Below, in pieces: positions 1-12,050 of a DNA stretch of 51,698 nucleotides. The notes beneath the pieces were generated by a model. The model ran no database searches, was not told the origin of the DNA, and saw only the letters and a list, made by a program, of their open reading frames with translations. The stretch spans positions 1-51,698 of the forward strand of contig NW_024705360.1 in assembly GCF_018977255.1 (NCBI RefSeq), written 5' to 3'. Position 1 is the first letter of the stretch, and the number at the start of each line of letters is the position of its first letter. The position numbers and the translations under genes were made by a program. Source of the DNA: Callorhinchus milii. Lineage: Eukaryota.

Positions 1-2340
1 AACGGGTAAGTACATGGATGAACTTATTCTACGCAGCGAGCTGCATTAGTCTTAGTCTGTCTACTGAGTGTATACGGGGCACCACTCGGACTGGGTTGAT
101 TTTTTTTGGCCCCGTGAGCGTTCCGCAATCTTCGACCAGAGGGCGGGGACAAGTGTTCCGCAACTTCCGACCAAACGAAGGTGCGGTACCCATAGGCGTT
201 TTTCTCTCCCTGAAACGATAGTCCAACTAATAGAGGAAGAAAGGAGCCCCGTATTCAGCTAGTTATGGAGCGGCCCAATTTGTGAAAAATGTGCTTGCAT
301 GGTGTTGGAGGGGGACCTCAACCTCTTGAAACCATACACAGGGACGGCCACTCTTTCGCATCAGAGCGAGAGAGACACAGCTTGCTGTTTAGCTGTGCCT
401 GGTTCGTGCCCTGTATCTCTCGTTGAGTGGACGGGAGAGTCCCTCCTTGGTGCTCTGAATCATTGCCGGAACATGGATCAACACTACTCGTAAATAGTCA
501 ACACCCTTCATGAGCAGGCCGCCAAGTTAATAGGGCTACTTTAGGAGAAGACATCTTAGTTCGGCCCTTCAAAATGCAATGGAACAGCTTACCCGAGGAA
601 CAAAGCCGCTGAGGAGATTTCCGAGGACTAGGGAATGTACAACGGACCATTAGGCAAAAAGTATTCCGTGAAAATTGTTTTCTAAGATGCTGAGTCCCTG
701 CTAGTCTGCCAGGCTCGGACGGGTTTCATGGGATTTGTAGAATATTGGATTGGGGAGTTAAGTCCTGATTCATGCGAATCGAGTCCGTTTCCAGAGTCCG
801 AGGAAGAATGACGGGGGGATATTCAACTTGGACTGATATTATTATAACGCCGTAGGCTACTTTGACATTCGCGTATCCATTTCTTTTTAGAATTCATGCG
901 ACATGCAGTGGGACCAGCAACGGGGATGCAATTCCAAGCGGTCTAGTTAAAAGCATGCAGTATTCGTTTTAACTCAACGCATTACAACTTGCCGCCACTT
1001 AATGTGGAACGATCATCGGGGGTGATGTCCTTTTCCGACATTAGTTGCTGTATTGTGAAAGCGTTGTCGTATCCTTGCACTATAGGGGGAGTACACTGTT
1101 CCTGTGACTCCTCTATCAGCATGAGTACATGGCACACACTACTTCACTAAGGTGCGAATGACACACTCAGAAGGACTGGCTTCGGGACTAAAACGTCGAA
1201 GGGAGCTGGAACGACTCAAATCAAAGAATGTTAATTAGCTCAGCCTGTCGGTCCGGTTCGAGTTTTACAGTGTCAAAGCGATACTGGCGCATCGTGTATC
1301 CCACGATCATTATTTTCGTCGGACAGTGCCCGGTCATTTTTTTTGAGTTATCACCATAGTATCGAAACTCAAAAATAGGAGAGCATTGGCGAACGCACCA
1401 CCCGTATGTTGGGGATCTAGCAGATTCGTTCTTTGTATCTGACAGTCCCCCTCTACGCGTCGGTAGCTCATTAGCAAGCCAGCGAAAGGACAATGCTAGC
1501 CATGTAAGCTTCGTGCTTTGCCAGGATCCCTCATTGCCTGTGAACAGTGCATCCTGGCCGTAAGGTCCATGGGTATCGGTAAAGCAAGCAATAGTCATTG
1601 TTTTTAAAAAAATTGTATTCACTTTATTTTTATAAAATTTTCTATCTACGTGACTTTACCTAAAGAACCATAGAATATGAATTCCTGCAGTCACGACAAC
1701 TTTAAGTCAAGATCTATGCATGTTGTGTTTGGTGTGAGCAGAGTTTATCATTAGTGTTGAGTGGGTTTCAGAGCTATGTAGGTATGATTTCAATGTTTAA
1801 ATATAAACATGTTTAAATGTAAAAAATCAAGTTGTCACATAATGTGACAATATGCTCACAGATTTGGGTTTATTAGCAAAACGTCACTCTGGGGTGGGAG
1901 TTTTTGTTGCCAACCGATGATCCTGGGTGTTGATCTCCAGCAAAACGTCGTGTAAAATTGTCAAAAAATATTGCTTTTTTACACTTCGGTTTTGCTAATA
2001 AACTAATTACAGCTCCCAATGGCTTCATTTTAAATCTAGTGATGCTCCTCCTCCAACCTCCATCCCTGGTTAGAAAATGAACCCGGTACACCAAACCCTT
2101 TCCCATCGCGATGACGTATATCATCAGTTTGTCGTTAAAAAGGCCATGGGGGTGGGAGGGCACGTGCCGGTAGGTAGCCTTCACAGGTGCTACTCACCCT
2201 AACAGCACTCGCCGCAAATGAGTACCTAGTGTGGTGCGTAGTCAACGTGTGTGTGTGTGTAGAGCGCGTGTGACATTGAACATCGCCAACCACGGTCGGC
2301 AAATACAACGACAAGAGCGCCGCCATCGTGAGCCCCGAAC

Positions 2341-2433
2341 CTTGATCTTCTTGGCCATCTTGTTCAACTCCTCGTACTCCGCGTCAGGGAAGTCGTAGAT
2401 CTTGATTTTGTTTTCCGCGATTTCCTTCCTGAT
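2341..2433 (-). CDS. SEPT7: Single internal exon of a septin-7-like gene (IRKEIAENKIKIYDFPDAEYEELNKMAKKIK)
   Basis: 93-nt phase-0 exon bounded by ccag| and |gt on the minus strand. The peptide closely matches the vertebrate SEPT7 segment IMKEIQEHKIKIYEFPE...NKLVKKIK (recalled). No other septin exon was recognised in the window. Confidence 0.85.
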
Positions 2434-2479
2434 CTGGACGACGACACGGCATGACACACGGCAGAGGCCCATCAACTAC

Positions 2480-4296
2480 TCACACAACAGAGACCCATAG
2501 ACTCACCACAAAGACCCATAGACTCACACAGAGACCCATAGACTCACCACAAAGACCCATAGACTCACACAGAGACCCATAGACTCACACAGAGAACCTT
2601 AGACTCACACAGAGACCCATAAACTCACACAGAGACCCATAGACTCATCACACAACAGAGACCCATAGACTCCTCACACAGCATAGACCCATAGACTCAT
2701 CACACAGCAGAGACCCACAGACTCATCACACAGCAGAGACCCACAGACTCATCACACAGCAGAGACCCACAGACTCATCACACAGCAGAGACCCACAGAC
2801 TCATCACACAGCAGAGACCCACAGACTGATCACACAGCAGAGACCCACAGACTCATCACACAGCAGAGACCCATAGACTCATCACACAGCAGAGACCCAT
2901 AGACTCATCACACAGCAGATACCCACAGACTCATCACACAGCAGAGACCCATAGACTTATCATGCAGCAAAGACCCACAGACTCATCACAGAGCAGAGAC
3001 CCACAGACTCATCACACAGCAGAAACCCATAGACTCATCACACAGCAGAGACCCATAGACTCATCACACAGCAGAGACCCATAGACTCATCACACAGCAG
3101 AGACCCATAGACTCATCACACAGCAGAGACCCATAGACTCATCACACAGCAGAGACCCATAGACTCATCACACAGCAGAGACCCATAGACTCATCACACA
3201 GCAGAGACCCATAGACTCATCACACAGCAGAGACCCATAGACTCATCACACAGCAGAGACCCATAGACTCATCACACAGCAAAAACCCATAGACTCATCA
3301 CACAGCAGAGACCCATAGACTCATCACACAGCAGAGACCCATAGACTCATCACACAGCAGAGACCCATAGACTCATCACACAGCAGAGACCCACAGACTC
3401 ATCACACAGCAGAGACCCATAGACTTATCATGCAGCAAAGACCCACAGACTCATCACACAGCAGAGACCCATAGACTCATCACACAGCAGAGACCCATAG
3501 ACTCATCACACAGCAGAGACCCATAGACTCATCACACAGCAGAGACCCATAGACTCATCACACAGCAGAGACCCATAGACTCATCACACAGCAGAGACCC
3601 ATAGACTCATCACACAGCAGAGACCCATAGACTCATCACACAGCAGAGACCCATAGACTCATCACACAGCAGAGACCCATAGACTCATCACACAGCAGAG
3701 ACCCATAGACTCATCACACAGCAGAGACCCATAGACTCATCACACAGCAGAGACCCATAGACTCATCACACAGCAGAGACCCATAGACTCATCACACAGC
3801 AGAGACCCACAGACTCATCACACAGCAGAGACCCATAGACTCATCACACAGCAGAGACCCATAGACTCATCACACAGCAGAGACCCATAGACTCATCACA
3901 CACAGAGCCCATAGACTCATCACACAGCAGAGAGCCATAGACTCATCACACAGCAGAGACCCATAGACTCATCACACAGCAGAGACCCATAGACTCATCA
4001 CACAGCAGAGGCCCATAGACTCATCACACAGCAGAGACCCACAGACTCATCACACAGCAGAGACCCATAGACTCATCACACAGCAGAGACCCATAGACTC
4101 ATCACACAGCAGAGACCCATAGACTCATCACACAGCAGAGGCCCATAGACTCATCACACAGCAGAGACCCATAGACTCATCACACAGCAGAGACCCATAG
4201 ACTCATCACACAGCAAAGACCCATAGACTCATCATACAGCAGAGACCCACAGACTCATCACACAGCAGAGACCCATAGACTCATCACACAACAGAG
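2480..4296. repeat. Minisatellite, 26-bp unit AGAGACCCATAGACTCATCACACAGC, roughly 65-70 copies
   Basis: Directly visible tandem array; shorter 20-22-bp unit variants occur at the left edge. Confidence 0.97.
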
Positions 4297-4497
4297 GCTC
4301 GGATAAGTGGTAGACGGACTACATTAGTAGACCCCTGCCAATGTTAACAGCAGTGGGATCGGGTAAATGGTAGAGTGTGAGAGAAGTAGACCACCACCAG
4401 TGTTATGTAAATAGCAGGAGGCTCGGGTAAGTGGTAGCAGCGTCACTCTCAGTCATTAGTAGACCCCCCCTCGCCCTATTTAAAGGGACTAGTTTAC

Positions 4498-4753
4498 ATC
4501 TCGATTTAAAGCTTTCGTGACTGTAGGGATTCATCTTCTTGGTTCTTTCGGTAAAGTCACGTAGAAGGGAAGTAATAAAATAATAAAAATAAAACATAAT
4601 AAAATAATTCTCACGACGTTTCGGCCGAAACGTTGTGAGAATTATTTTATTATGTTTCGGCCGAAACGTCGTAAGAATTATTTTACGATGTTTTAATTTT
4701 TATTATTTTATTACTTCCCTTCTACGTGACTTTACCGAAAGAACCAAGAAGAT
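4498..4753. mobile_element. Head-to-head (fold-back) pair of Penelope pLTR 3' fragments
   Basis: Both arms match the pLTR at 34785-34915 and are centred on the palindrome TTTCGGCCGAAA; the hammerhead CUGA core is deleted. Confidence 0.8.
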
Positions 4754-4830
4754 ACGGATATTGGTCGCGAATGCCACGTGTTAAACCAAAGCTTCATAGA
4801 GCGGTGAGGGGGGGCGGAGCGAGCGTGGGA

Positions 4831-6430
4831 TGGGCGTGGCCTGCGGGTGTGTGACGTCATAGATTTAGAACCCGTCCCTCACACGTGACCGCGCTCAACG
4901 GTGACGACACGCAATCATCACGTGCGCGCCTCGAGTGGACGTTATTGCTGGTTGACAAGACGGGGAGCCTGTTGTTTGTCGAGGGCTAATCAAGGGCTAA
5001 TCAAGAGATAATGGAGCTTCTTAGGGCCTGCGCAGGTACCGGCGCGTGTGTGTTTGTGTGTGTTGGTATACATTGTCGGGCGTGGTGCTGGCCACCCACC
5101 CCCTCGTTCGTGTACCGTTCCGGCCTTCATAGGTGCTCGCTAACAGCACTTGCCCCTTACAGTCTGTTAAGGCTATACGGGGGATCTTTGTCTTTGTTGG
5201 TATACAGGAGGTCGTGCCTTACATACGACGTGACATCGAGTGTCAGCACACACTCAATGTTGCTCAACCACATTTATCTCAGCTGTCTTAGTGCTTCTGT
5301 CTATATGTGTGTGTCTCTCTCCATCTCTGTGTTCGTACTCTAACTTTGTGTCCTGATCTCTATGTGTTTCTCTAAGTACAGTACATGCATTTCGACGTCT
5401 GTGTCTCTGAATGTCTGTGTCTCTCTATCTCGGTGTATTTGTGTGCACGTGTTTGTCTCTGAATGTCTCTGTGTGTGTGTCTCTGTATTTCTCTGTGTAT
5501 CCGTGTTTTGTGTGTGTGTGTGTGTATGCATGTCTCTGGGTGTGTTATGCTTTTTTGTGTCTTTATGTATGTGGATGATTTGTGTGTCTCCATGTTTGTG
5601 TGTCGATGTCTATTCGCGGATAATATTGTTTTTTTTCACGTGACTCCTCTTTTCCTCACAATTCACGGATAATAAGGTTCCGTTCCACAAAAATGTATAG
5701 AATATGAATACGCAGATAATCCTAGGTAATGGGCGTGGCCTGCGGGTGTGTGACGTCACATAATTAAGCCCCGCCCCTCGCACGTGATCTCGCTTCACGG
5801 TGACGACACGCAATATCGTAATCACGCACGCTGCTAATCCACGTTATTGCGGATCAAGAGTTTTAAACATGAATGATTTATTCAGGGGCTTCTCAGGCCC
5901 TACACAGATACCGACGCGTGTGTGTTTCTGTGTACACAAGTGTCTGGCCATGAAAACCACTGATAATGTTGCTTTACATACAACATAACAGAGTGTCTGC
6001 ACACACTCAATGTTGCTCAACCATATATTATCTCAGGTGTCTCAGTGCTTCTGTCTATATGTGTCTCTCGCCATCTCTGTCTTTGTACTTTACTTTCTCT
6101 ACTTATCCCTATCTGTGTCTCTAAGTCCAGTACCTGCATCTCGTTGTCTGTTTGTGTCTCTGTATGTCTGTGTCTCTCGATGTCTGTTTTGGTGTGCTTG
6201 TGTGTGTCTCTGAATGTCTCCATGTTTCTGTGTGTGTCTCTCTGTATTTCTATGTGTATCCATGTCGTTGTGTGTTTATTATGCATGTTTCAGTGGGTGT
6301 GTTCTGTCTGTTTTTGTGTCTTTACGTATTTTCGCGTGAGTCCATGTTGGTGTATCTGTATCTATTCGTGGATAATATGATGTATGTTTCACGTGAATCT
6401 TATCCGCAAAATTCATGGATAATAGGATTA
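4831..6430 (+). promoter_or_regulatory. Diverged tandem duplication (~900-bp period) of a promoter-like module (GGGCGTGGC GC-box, TGACGTCA CRE, CACGTG E-box) followed by TG/TC-rich sequence
   Basis: GGGCGTGGCCTGCGGGTGTGTGACGTCA occurs at ~4832 and ~5731; CACACACTCAATGTTGCTCAACCA occurs at ~5247 and ~6000. Confidence 0.55.
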
Positions 6431-7024
6431 CATAATACGATGTACTCTTGGATTCCTTCTATTCCTTGGCTGCTATACCACTAATATTTTCGACCTTTAT
6501 CCGTAATTTCTTATGGTGACCAAATTGTTGTAATTAGTTGCATATGGGTTCCCGACCCCATGCATACCAGTAATCACATTCTGTAAAATAACAATTAATT
6601 TCAATTACCAATGAACCTGACGTTTTTAGACTATGATAAGGCATTCTACTCAGAAATAGCAATATGCATATTAGGAGGGAAGTCAGACAAGCTGATACTT
6701 TTCCCAGAATGTTTCATAGTGAAATTAGGAAAATATTATTTAATTCGAGAAACAAACACATACAGTAGAACCCCACTTAACGACCACCCCTGTTGACAAC
6801 TAATCGCTTAACGACGGGCCTCCATAGAACCCATTGTGTATTATATAGTGCTTCGTGGTGGATCCATTGAGCAGGGTTGGGGGCAGGAATTAGGTGACCT
6901 TACCAAAGAAAATTCCAACGTTTGCCAAAAGCTATTTTGAACATCGATGCAATCATCGCTCTGTGCTTGTGTTTCCAATACTGACCACTGTCCGTTTAAT
7001 ATCTCTCTGCTCTTTCTCCCACAG

Positions 7025-7341
7025 TGTCCCCTGGGAAGCTATCCAGGCAGACCATTGGACCGTCTGCTCACAGCAATGTGGCACTTCACAGGAAAACCTG
7101 TGTAGACCACAATAAACAGGAGCAGTTTAAAAAAGACTCACAGGAGCAGCAGCAGCCACATCAGCAAGAGCAGAAAAAAACCATTCAACTTCAATTCATG
7201 CGCATTGGCTACGAGCGCACTGTGGAAATTGACATCCCAGAGTCCTGGCCCTGGTCGACTGAGGGCACCTGCTTGGGACAGGAGGTGGAAAAGGAGGCGG
7301 TCACGGTGCAGTCCCGGAAGAACGAAGTCCTCTCGGAGTGA
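7025..7341 (+). CDS. Gln-rich exon, diverged paralogue of the exon at 9147-9640
   Basis: Preceded by a ~180-bp intron end (6848-7024) nearly identical to 8971-9146 with the same ccacag| acceptor; the same reading phase opens SPGKL versus PAGKL. Confidence 0.45.
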
Positions 7342-8254
7342 GTAAAAGCAAGCGCAGTGAACAAGCTGCAGATGCGTTGCCACTGCAGCTGCACAAACGC
7401 ACAATCAGCAGACGCACGGCTAGCGGAGAGGGATTCTAGTCCGGCACAATCAAGGGGCAGGTCAACGCCGCTGTCCAAAAGGACGAGCTGGCCGTGGGAT
7501 GCCGTGAGCTGGGACAACTCGGACAGCCGTTCCAGCAGCAGTGACAGGGACATAATGGTGCTGAGAGTGAGCTGGGATTGATGTATTTCTTTTGACAGCA
7601 AGGCTGTGCTCACCTCAGCAGACACAGAGGCGAATTCGAGACGTCATCCCGAATCAGACCAACCCTCTCATTGAGTTTTCATCCCTAGTCCGTCTAGCGA
7701 GCGATCATGGTCTGGGTTTTCTCAGAGGAGAGAGAAATTGGTGAAGATCTGACATGATGGGCACAATAAGGCTTAAACCCTTGATCAAAAGAGGTGGTTG
7801 GTGAGCCTGACGTTGCCAGAAACCTGCAGAGCCAGGCCGCAGTGTAGGTGAAGTAACGAGTGATGCACACAACGCAGGGATAACAATCGTTAAAGGGCTG
7901 CTACAAAGTGTTTTGAGGAATAGCGGTCCTTGCATCGTGATTATAGCTTGGGAAAACCTCCAGCTCCATATGAATGGCAGTTGTGTACGGTTGTGGCATG
8001 GTTGTTGTGGATAGTGGAGGTTATCGAGTGGTTGTAGCTATGGTTCTTTGTTGTAAGAATTGCGATAGCCTTTCTCACATAGTAAACATAATTTATGGTG
8101 AACATAATTTATTTCACTATAATCAACTATGATAAATTAATAGTTGATTACGACTAGCTACTTGACCCTTATTCTGTATTCTATTGCAGAGTTCAGCCTT
8201 TTGACATTCTTGCCGCTTGTTGTTTCTTGTGTTCACAGCAAGGAAGATGCCACC

Positions 8255-8381
8255 ATGACTGCCCTGAGCACCGCCACCACCACCACCACCAATGTCACCG
8301 CCGCTGCTCTGGATAATGGCCTCGCCACCAGAGCAAGCACGCACCCACAGCCCAGGGAGTTCCACGACTCGCTGATAAAGA
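8255..8381 (+). CDS. First coding exon of an unrecognised gene (MTALSTATTTTTNV...DSLIK)
   Basis: Pyrimidine tract + cacag| acceptor (exon starts 8239), Kozak-type GCCACCATG at 8249-8257, |gtaagt donor at 8382; phase 1 fits the next exon. Confidence 0.7.
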
Positions 8382-9146
8382 GTAAGTAGCAGACGGCATT
8401 GCCAACTCGGGGGGGGGGGGGGGTAGCCAGACTGAATTAATTAATCGTTTGAAACAATATGATGGAAACAGTTGCAAAGTTGTTTCTGTGCTGCACTGTG
8501 AATTGAGCCGCGGCTATAATGAGTGGTGAGTGATATTTAGAACAGATTCCAGGTTGCGTTGTACACCCACCTGCAGTTTCAAGCACAGTGACGAAAAGTA
8601 AAACGCTTCCCATGACTTTCGCGGCATGGCGGAGGTATTTTTCAATAAGTAACGGATTGACAAAGGGCTGTATATTTCTTATTACTTATTATTTTACAAC
8701 ACTTAAGCACGAGATCATAAGATAGTGCAACAGAGTGCGCAAAGAAGGATGAAGATAGTTTGTCCTCTAATATGATGAGTGTGCATGGTCGAGCTCAGGA
8801 AACGGTCAACCTAGTAAATTGAGTCCTTGACATTAGCGGAGGTATCCAGATGTAACATTGATGACAACTATGGCCGTGGTAATACCTATACATTAGTGAC
8901 GAGGAAGCCATTGAATGACAGGATGGCTTGCATGAATCAATGAGCATCGCCGCATCAGTCAATCAATCAAAGTGCTTCGTGGTGGATCCATTGAGCAGGG
9001 TTGGGCAGGAATTAGGTAACCTTACCAAAGAAAATTGCAACGTTTACCAAAAGCTATTTTGAACATCGATGCAATCATCGCTCGGTGCTTGTGTTTCCAA
9101 TATTGACCCCTGACGGTTTCATCCCTCTCTGCTGTGTCTTCCACAG

Positions 9147-9640
9147 TGCCCGCTGGGAAGCTGCACACGTGGACTCTCCAAAGCCACCTCCTGTACAAGA
9201 GCAGCCGTGCAGTCCTCGAGCAACAGGAGATCAAAGAATGTGCACAGGAGCAATATCATCGTCAGCAGCAGCAGCAGCAGGAGCATATTCAGCGCAGCTC
9301 GTTGAGACAGCAACCGGCATGGGAGCCGGCACGCGAGCCGGCACCGGAGCAGTGTCATCATCATCAGCAGCAGCAGCAGGAGCTTATTCAGCGCAGCTCG
9401 TTGAGACAGCAACTGGCACGGGAGCCTGCACAGGAGCCGGAAATGGAGCCTGCACAGGAGACGGCACGGGAGCCGGAACGGGTGCCGGTCGCTGCCAAGA
9501 TCCACAAGAAAAAAGGCCTCTGGAAACGACTTAGGACATTCTTCTGCCGACAATATAATTTTTTCAGAGACCTGATCGCATATGAAATGGATGTGGATAC
9601 AGGCACATTTGTCAATGTGATTTGTAAATATTTTTCATAA
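9147..9640 (+). CDS. Terminal coding exon of the same gene (Gln/Glu/Pro-rich repeats, basic KKKGLWKRLRTFF motif); spliced product 206 aa
   Basis: ccacag| acceptor; frame is continuous with 8255-8381 (127+494=621 nt); TAA stop at 9638-9640; AATAAA at 9702-9707. Confidence 0.7.
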
Positions 9641-9844
9641 TGTATCAAGAGTTAAGATTAGAATGTACATTTTTATCGAGGTAGTGTTTGTTGCGAATGT
9701 AAATAAATATTATGATTCTGACTTACCGTGAGTCCTGATGCTGGCTTTATTGTCGGAAGGAGTGCAATCAGTCAACACAATTGTACACACCGGGGCAGGC
9801 ATGCACATGCACACATAAAGAGATACACGGGGAATGCACGTACA

Positions 9845-10470
9845 AATACCCTACTGAGTGACGGTGATGTTACCACACTGCCTGTGGTAGGCCAGGTGCA
9901 TTCTGAGTCCACGTGAAGTGTCGAAGGCTCACTGACAGTGGGTCATGGGATAGACCCAGGTACAATGGGTTGACTGAGATGACTGGCAGATGCACCACCT
10001 GTGCCCCTTGCTGTGCCATCTTGCTGTGTTTTAGCCGCCTGGCTCTCCGCCTGGCTCTCCACTCGTCGTGAGCGTTGCTCCTTTTTCCTCTGTTGTTGTT
10101 GGAAGGCGACTGCATCCAACTGCCCAGTGGCGTCCTGCACGAGCCTCCTCCAGAAGCCAATCTTGACACCACTCGTACCAGTCTTTGGCAAGTCCACTCA
10201 GCTCCATAACCTCCTGTACTGCATCGGTCCATCTCTTCTCTAACCCGTTTACCCCCCTTTATCCAGCAAAAATAAGCCTGGTTAAGCCCATGATGGATCA
10301 TAGGCAGGCCAGCCTGAATCTTTCTAATCGGCGCAGATGTTCCATTAGAGGGGTCCACGTTTCACAAGCATAGAGAAGGGATGGAATGACCGTGGCTGAG
10401 AAGACCCGAAGCTTCGTGTGGAGCGACAGATTAGGGTTGTGATCAAATCCACGACCTCCTTGCATCGCAG
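9845..10470 (-). mobile_element. RTE-clade LINE 3' fragment (degenerate)
   Basis: LHTKLRVFSATVIPSLLYACETWT motif; homologous to 30500-31250 and 44830-45460. Confidence 0.85.
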
Positions 10471-11436
10471 ACGAGGTAGTTGACATCTCGTCACCACAGC
10501 TGGCACTGCTAAACACCATTTTACGGTTTTGTTTTTCACGCTGTGAGACATGTTTCATGATTAATGTTATCTTCGCAATCATAATTGTAGCCTGTTCGAG
10601 TACCTGCTTCTGTAAAACCTAATAAAAGTGGGTGTCACCACGCTACACGTGTACCAGGCCTACGCCTTGTTATTTTACTTAAAATGAAACATATTCACAT
10701 CAAACTTGTAAAATGCACCAATTCTGTTATGAACGTTTGTCGCGGAATTTATTGGGCCAACAGTTTTGGTCAACAGTGCCACAAAGTGTTCCATTGGTCC
10801 GTTAATTACATCGCGTTTCTGAAAACGTGTTTATTGACATAAGTGTCAGGACAAATTATCAGGAAAACATTGTTGAGAAACATTTATTTTCCATGCGTTT
10901 ACAGCGCAGGATTGTGATGAGGGTTCAGCAACTAAAAAGTTTATGGCCCCAAACAGCTCAAGGGGTCCTGGATGCATCATGGGAAAAAAATGGCAGCAGA
11001 GCTGTGCCAAATATCTCAATTCACATCCTGATAACAATTAAAAAGCTCCCCATTCCAATGGTAGTGTGCAAAACAAGTTACAACGTATTTCAGCCTTTGT
11101 TTCGTGCAACTTTGCGCTATTCTGTAAACTGAGTTATTAATAATCATTAAAATGTTTCAAGCACCCTTAAACAATCGTTCTCAGGGCGCTATGCATGGGA
11201 AGGTGGAAAATAGTTGAACGTCAACCAAGGAAAAGAAGTGAAGAAGACGTTTAAAAATAACAAAAGAGAGAAAGACATTTTAAACAGATGCGTTTTTAGT
11301 CCAAAATTTAAGATTTGTGTCTAAGAAGTCCTGACCTCGAAGGGGCAACGAGTTTCAGAGTTTAGGTGCCGCAATTGCAAAGGCACCGTCGCCACCCAAG
11401 TGTGACGCCTAGACCGTGGGACAATGAGCAATTCTA

Positions 11437-11585
11437 GATTTGAAGCTTTCGTGACTGCAAGGATTCATACTCTTAGGTTATTTCGGTAAAGTCACGTAGG
11501 TAAAAATAAATAATAAAAAATAAAAATAATAGAAATATTATTTTAATTTTTACCTACGTGACTTTACCGAAAAAACCCAAGAGTA
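11437..11585. mobile_element. Inverted pair of Penelope pLTR 3' fragments
   Basis: TTTCGGTAAAGTCACGTAGG ... CCTACGTGACTTTACCGAAA around an AT-rich spacer. Confidence 0.7.
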
Positions 11586-11904
11586 CAATGAGCAATGCAC
11601 AGTCTGAGAAATGTAATGATCTTGATTGAATATGTCTGAAGGAGGTCCTGAATGTAGGGAGGAGAAAGTCAATTTCAACTGCTCCACTTGTAGTCACGTG
11701 ATGCACCAAGAAGAAATGTGTCCGCCTAGGGCCCCCAATGGGCCCGCACCGTCGCTGCCCATTCCACATTCTCAGTATCGTGGTGTGCTCCGGTGTGGGT
11801 AGCTTGTAGAGAGCATCGCAAACATGCAGACACACCGGCGTCAGCAAGCAGCAAGCTTCCGAGGTTGAAGATTCTTAGGGTTAGTACAGTTGCAACACAA
11901 CAGA

Positions 11905-12050
11905 GGCTATCAGATGTTAACGACCTCGCCTGGTATACGGGATGTCGTGGGTTCGATCCCGACGCTGACGGCTGCTGTATATTTGGAGTTTGCACGTTCT
12001 CCCCGTGGTCGCTTGGATTTTTGTCCGGTTTTTCCCTCCACATTTAAATT
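11905..12050 (+). mobile_element. tRNA-derived SINE with V-SINE-type core
   Basis: B-box GGTTCGATCCC followed by TGGAGTTTGCACGTTCTCCCCGTGG. Further copies at 22230-22688, 26835-27069, 46520-47055 and 48780-48850. Confidence 0.75.

Noticed and set aside
2480..4296. Possible CRISPR-like array
   Set aside because: Units are contiguous with no unique spacers, and the context is eukaryotic. The same applies to the 51-bp array.
4606..4680. GAAACGTC hammerhead halves
   Set aside because: The CUGANGA core is missing, so these cannot be functional ribozymes.
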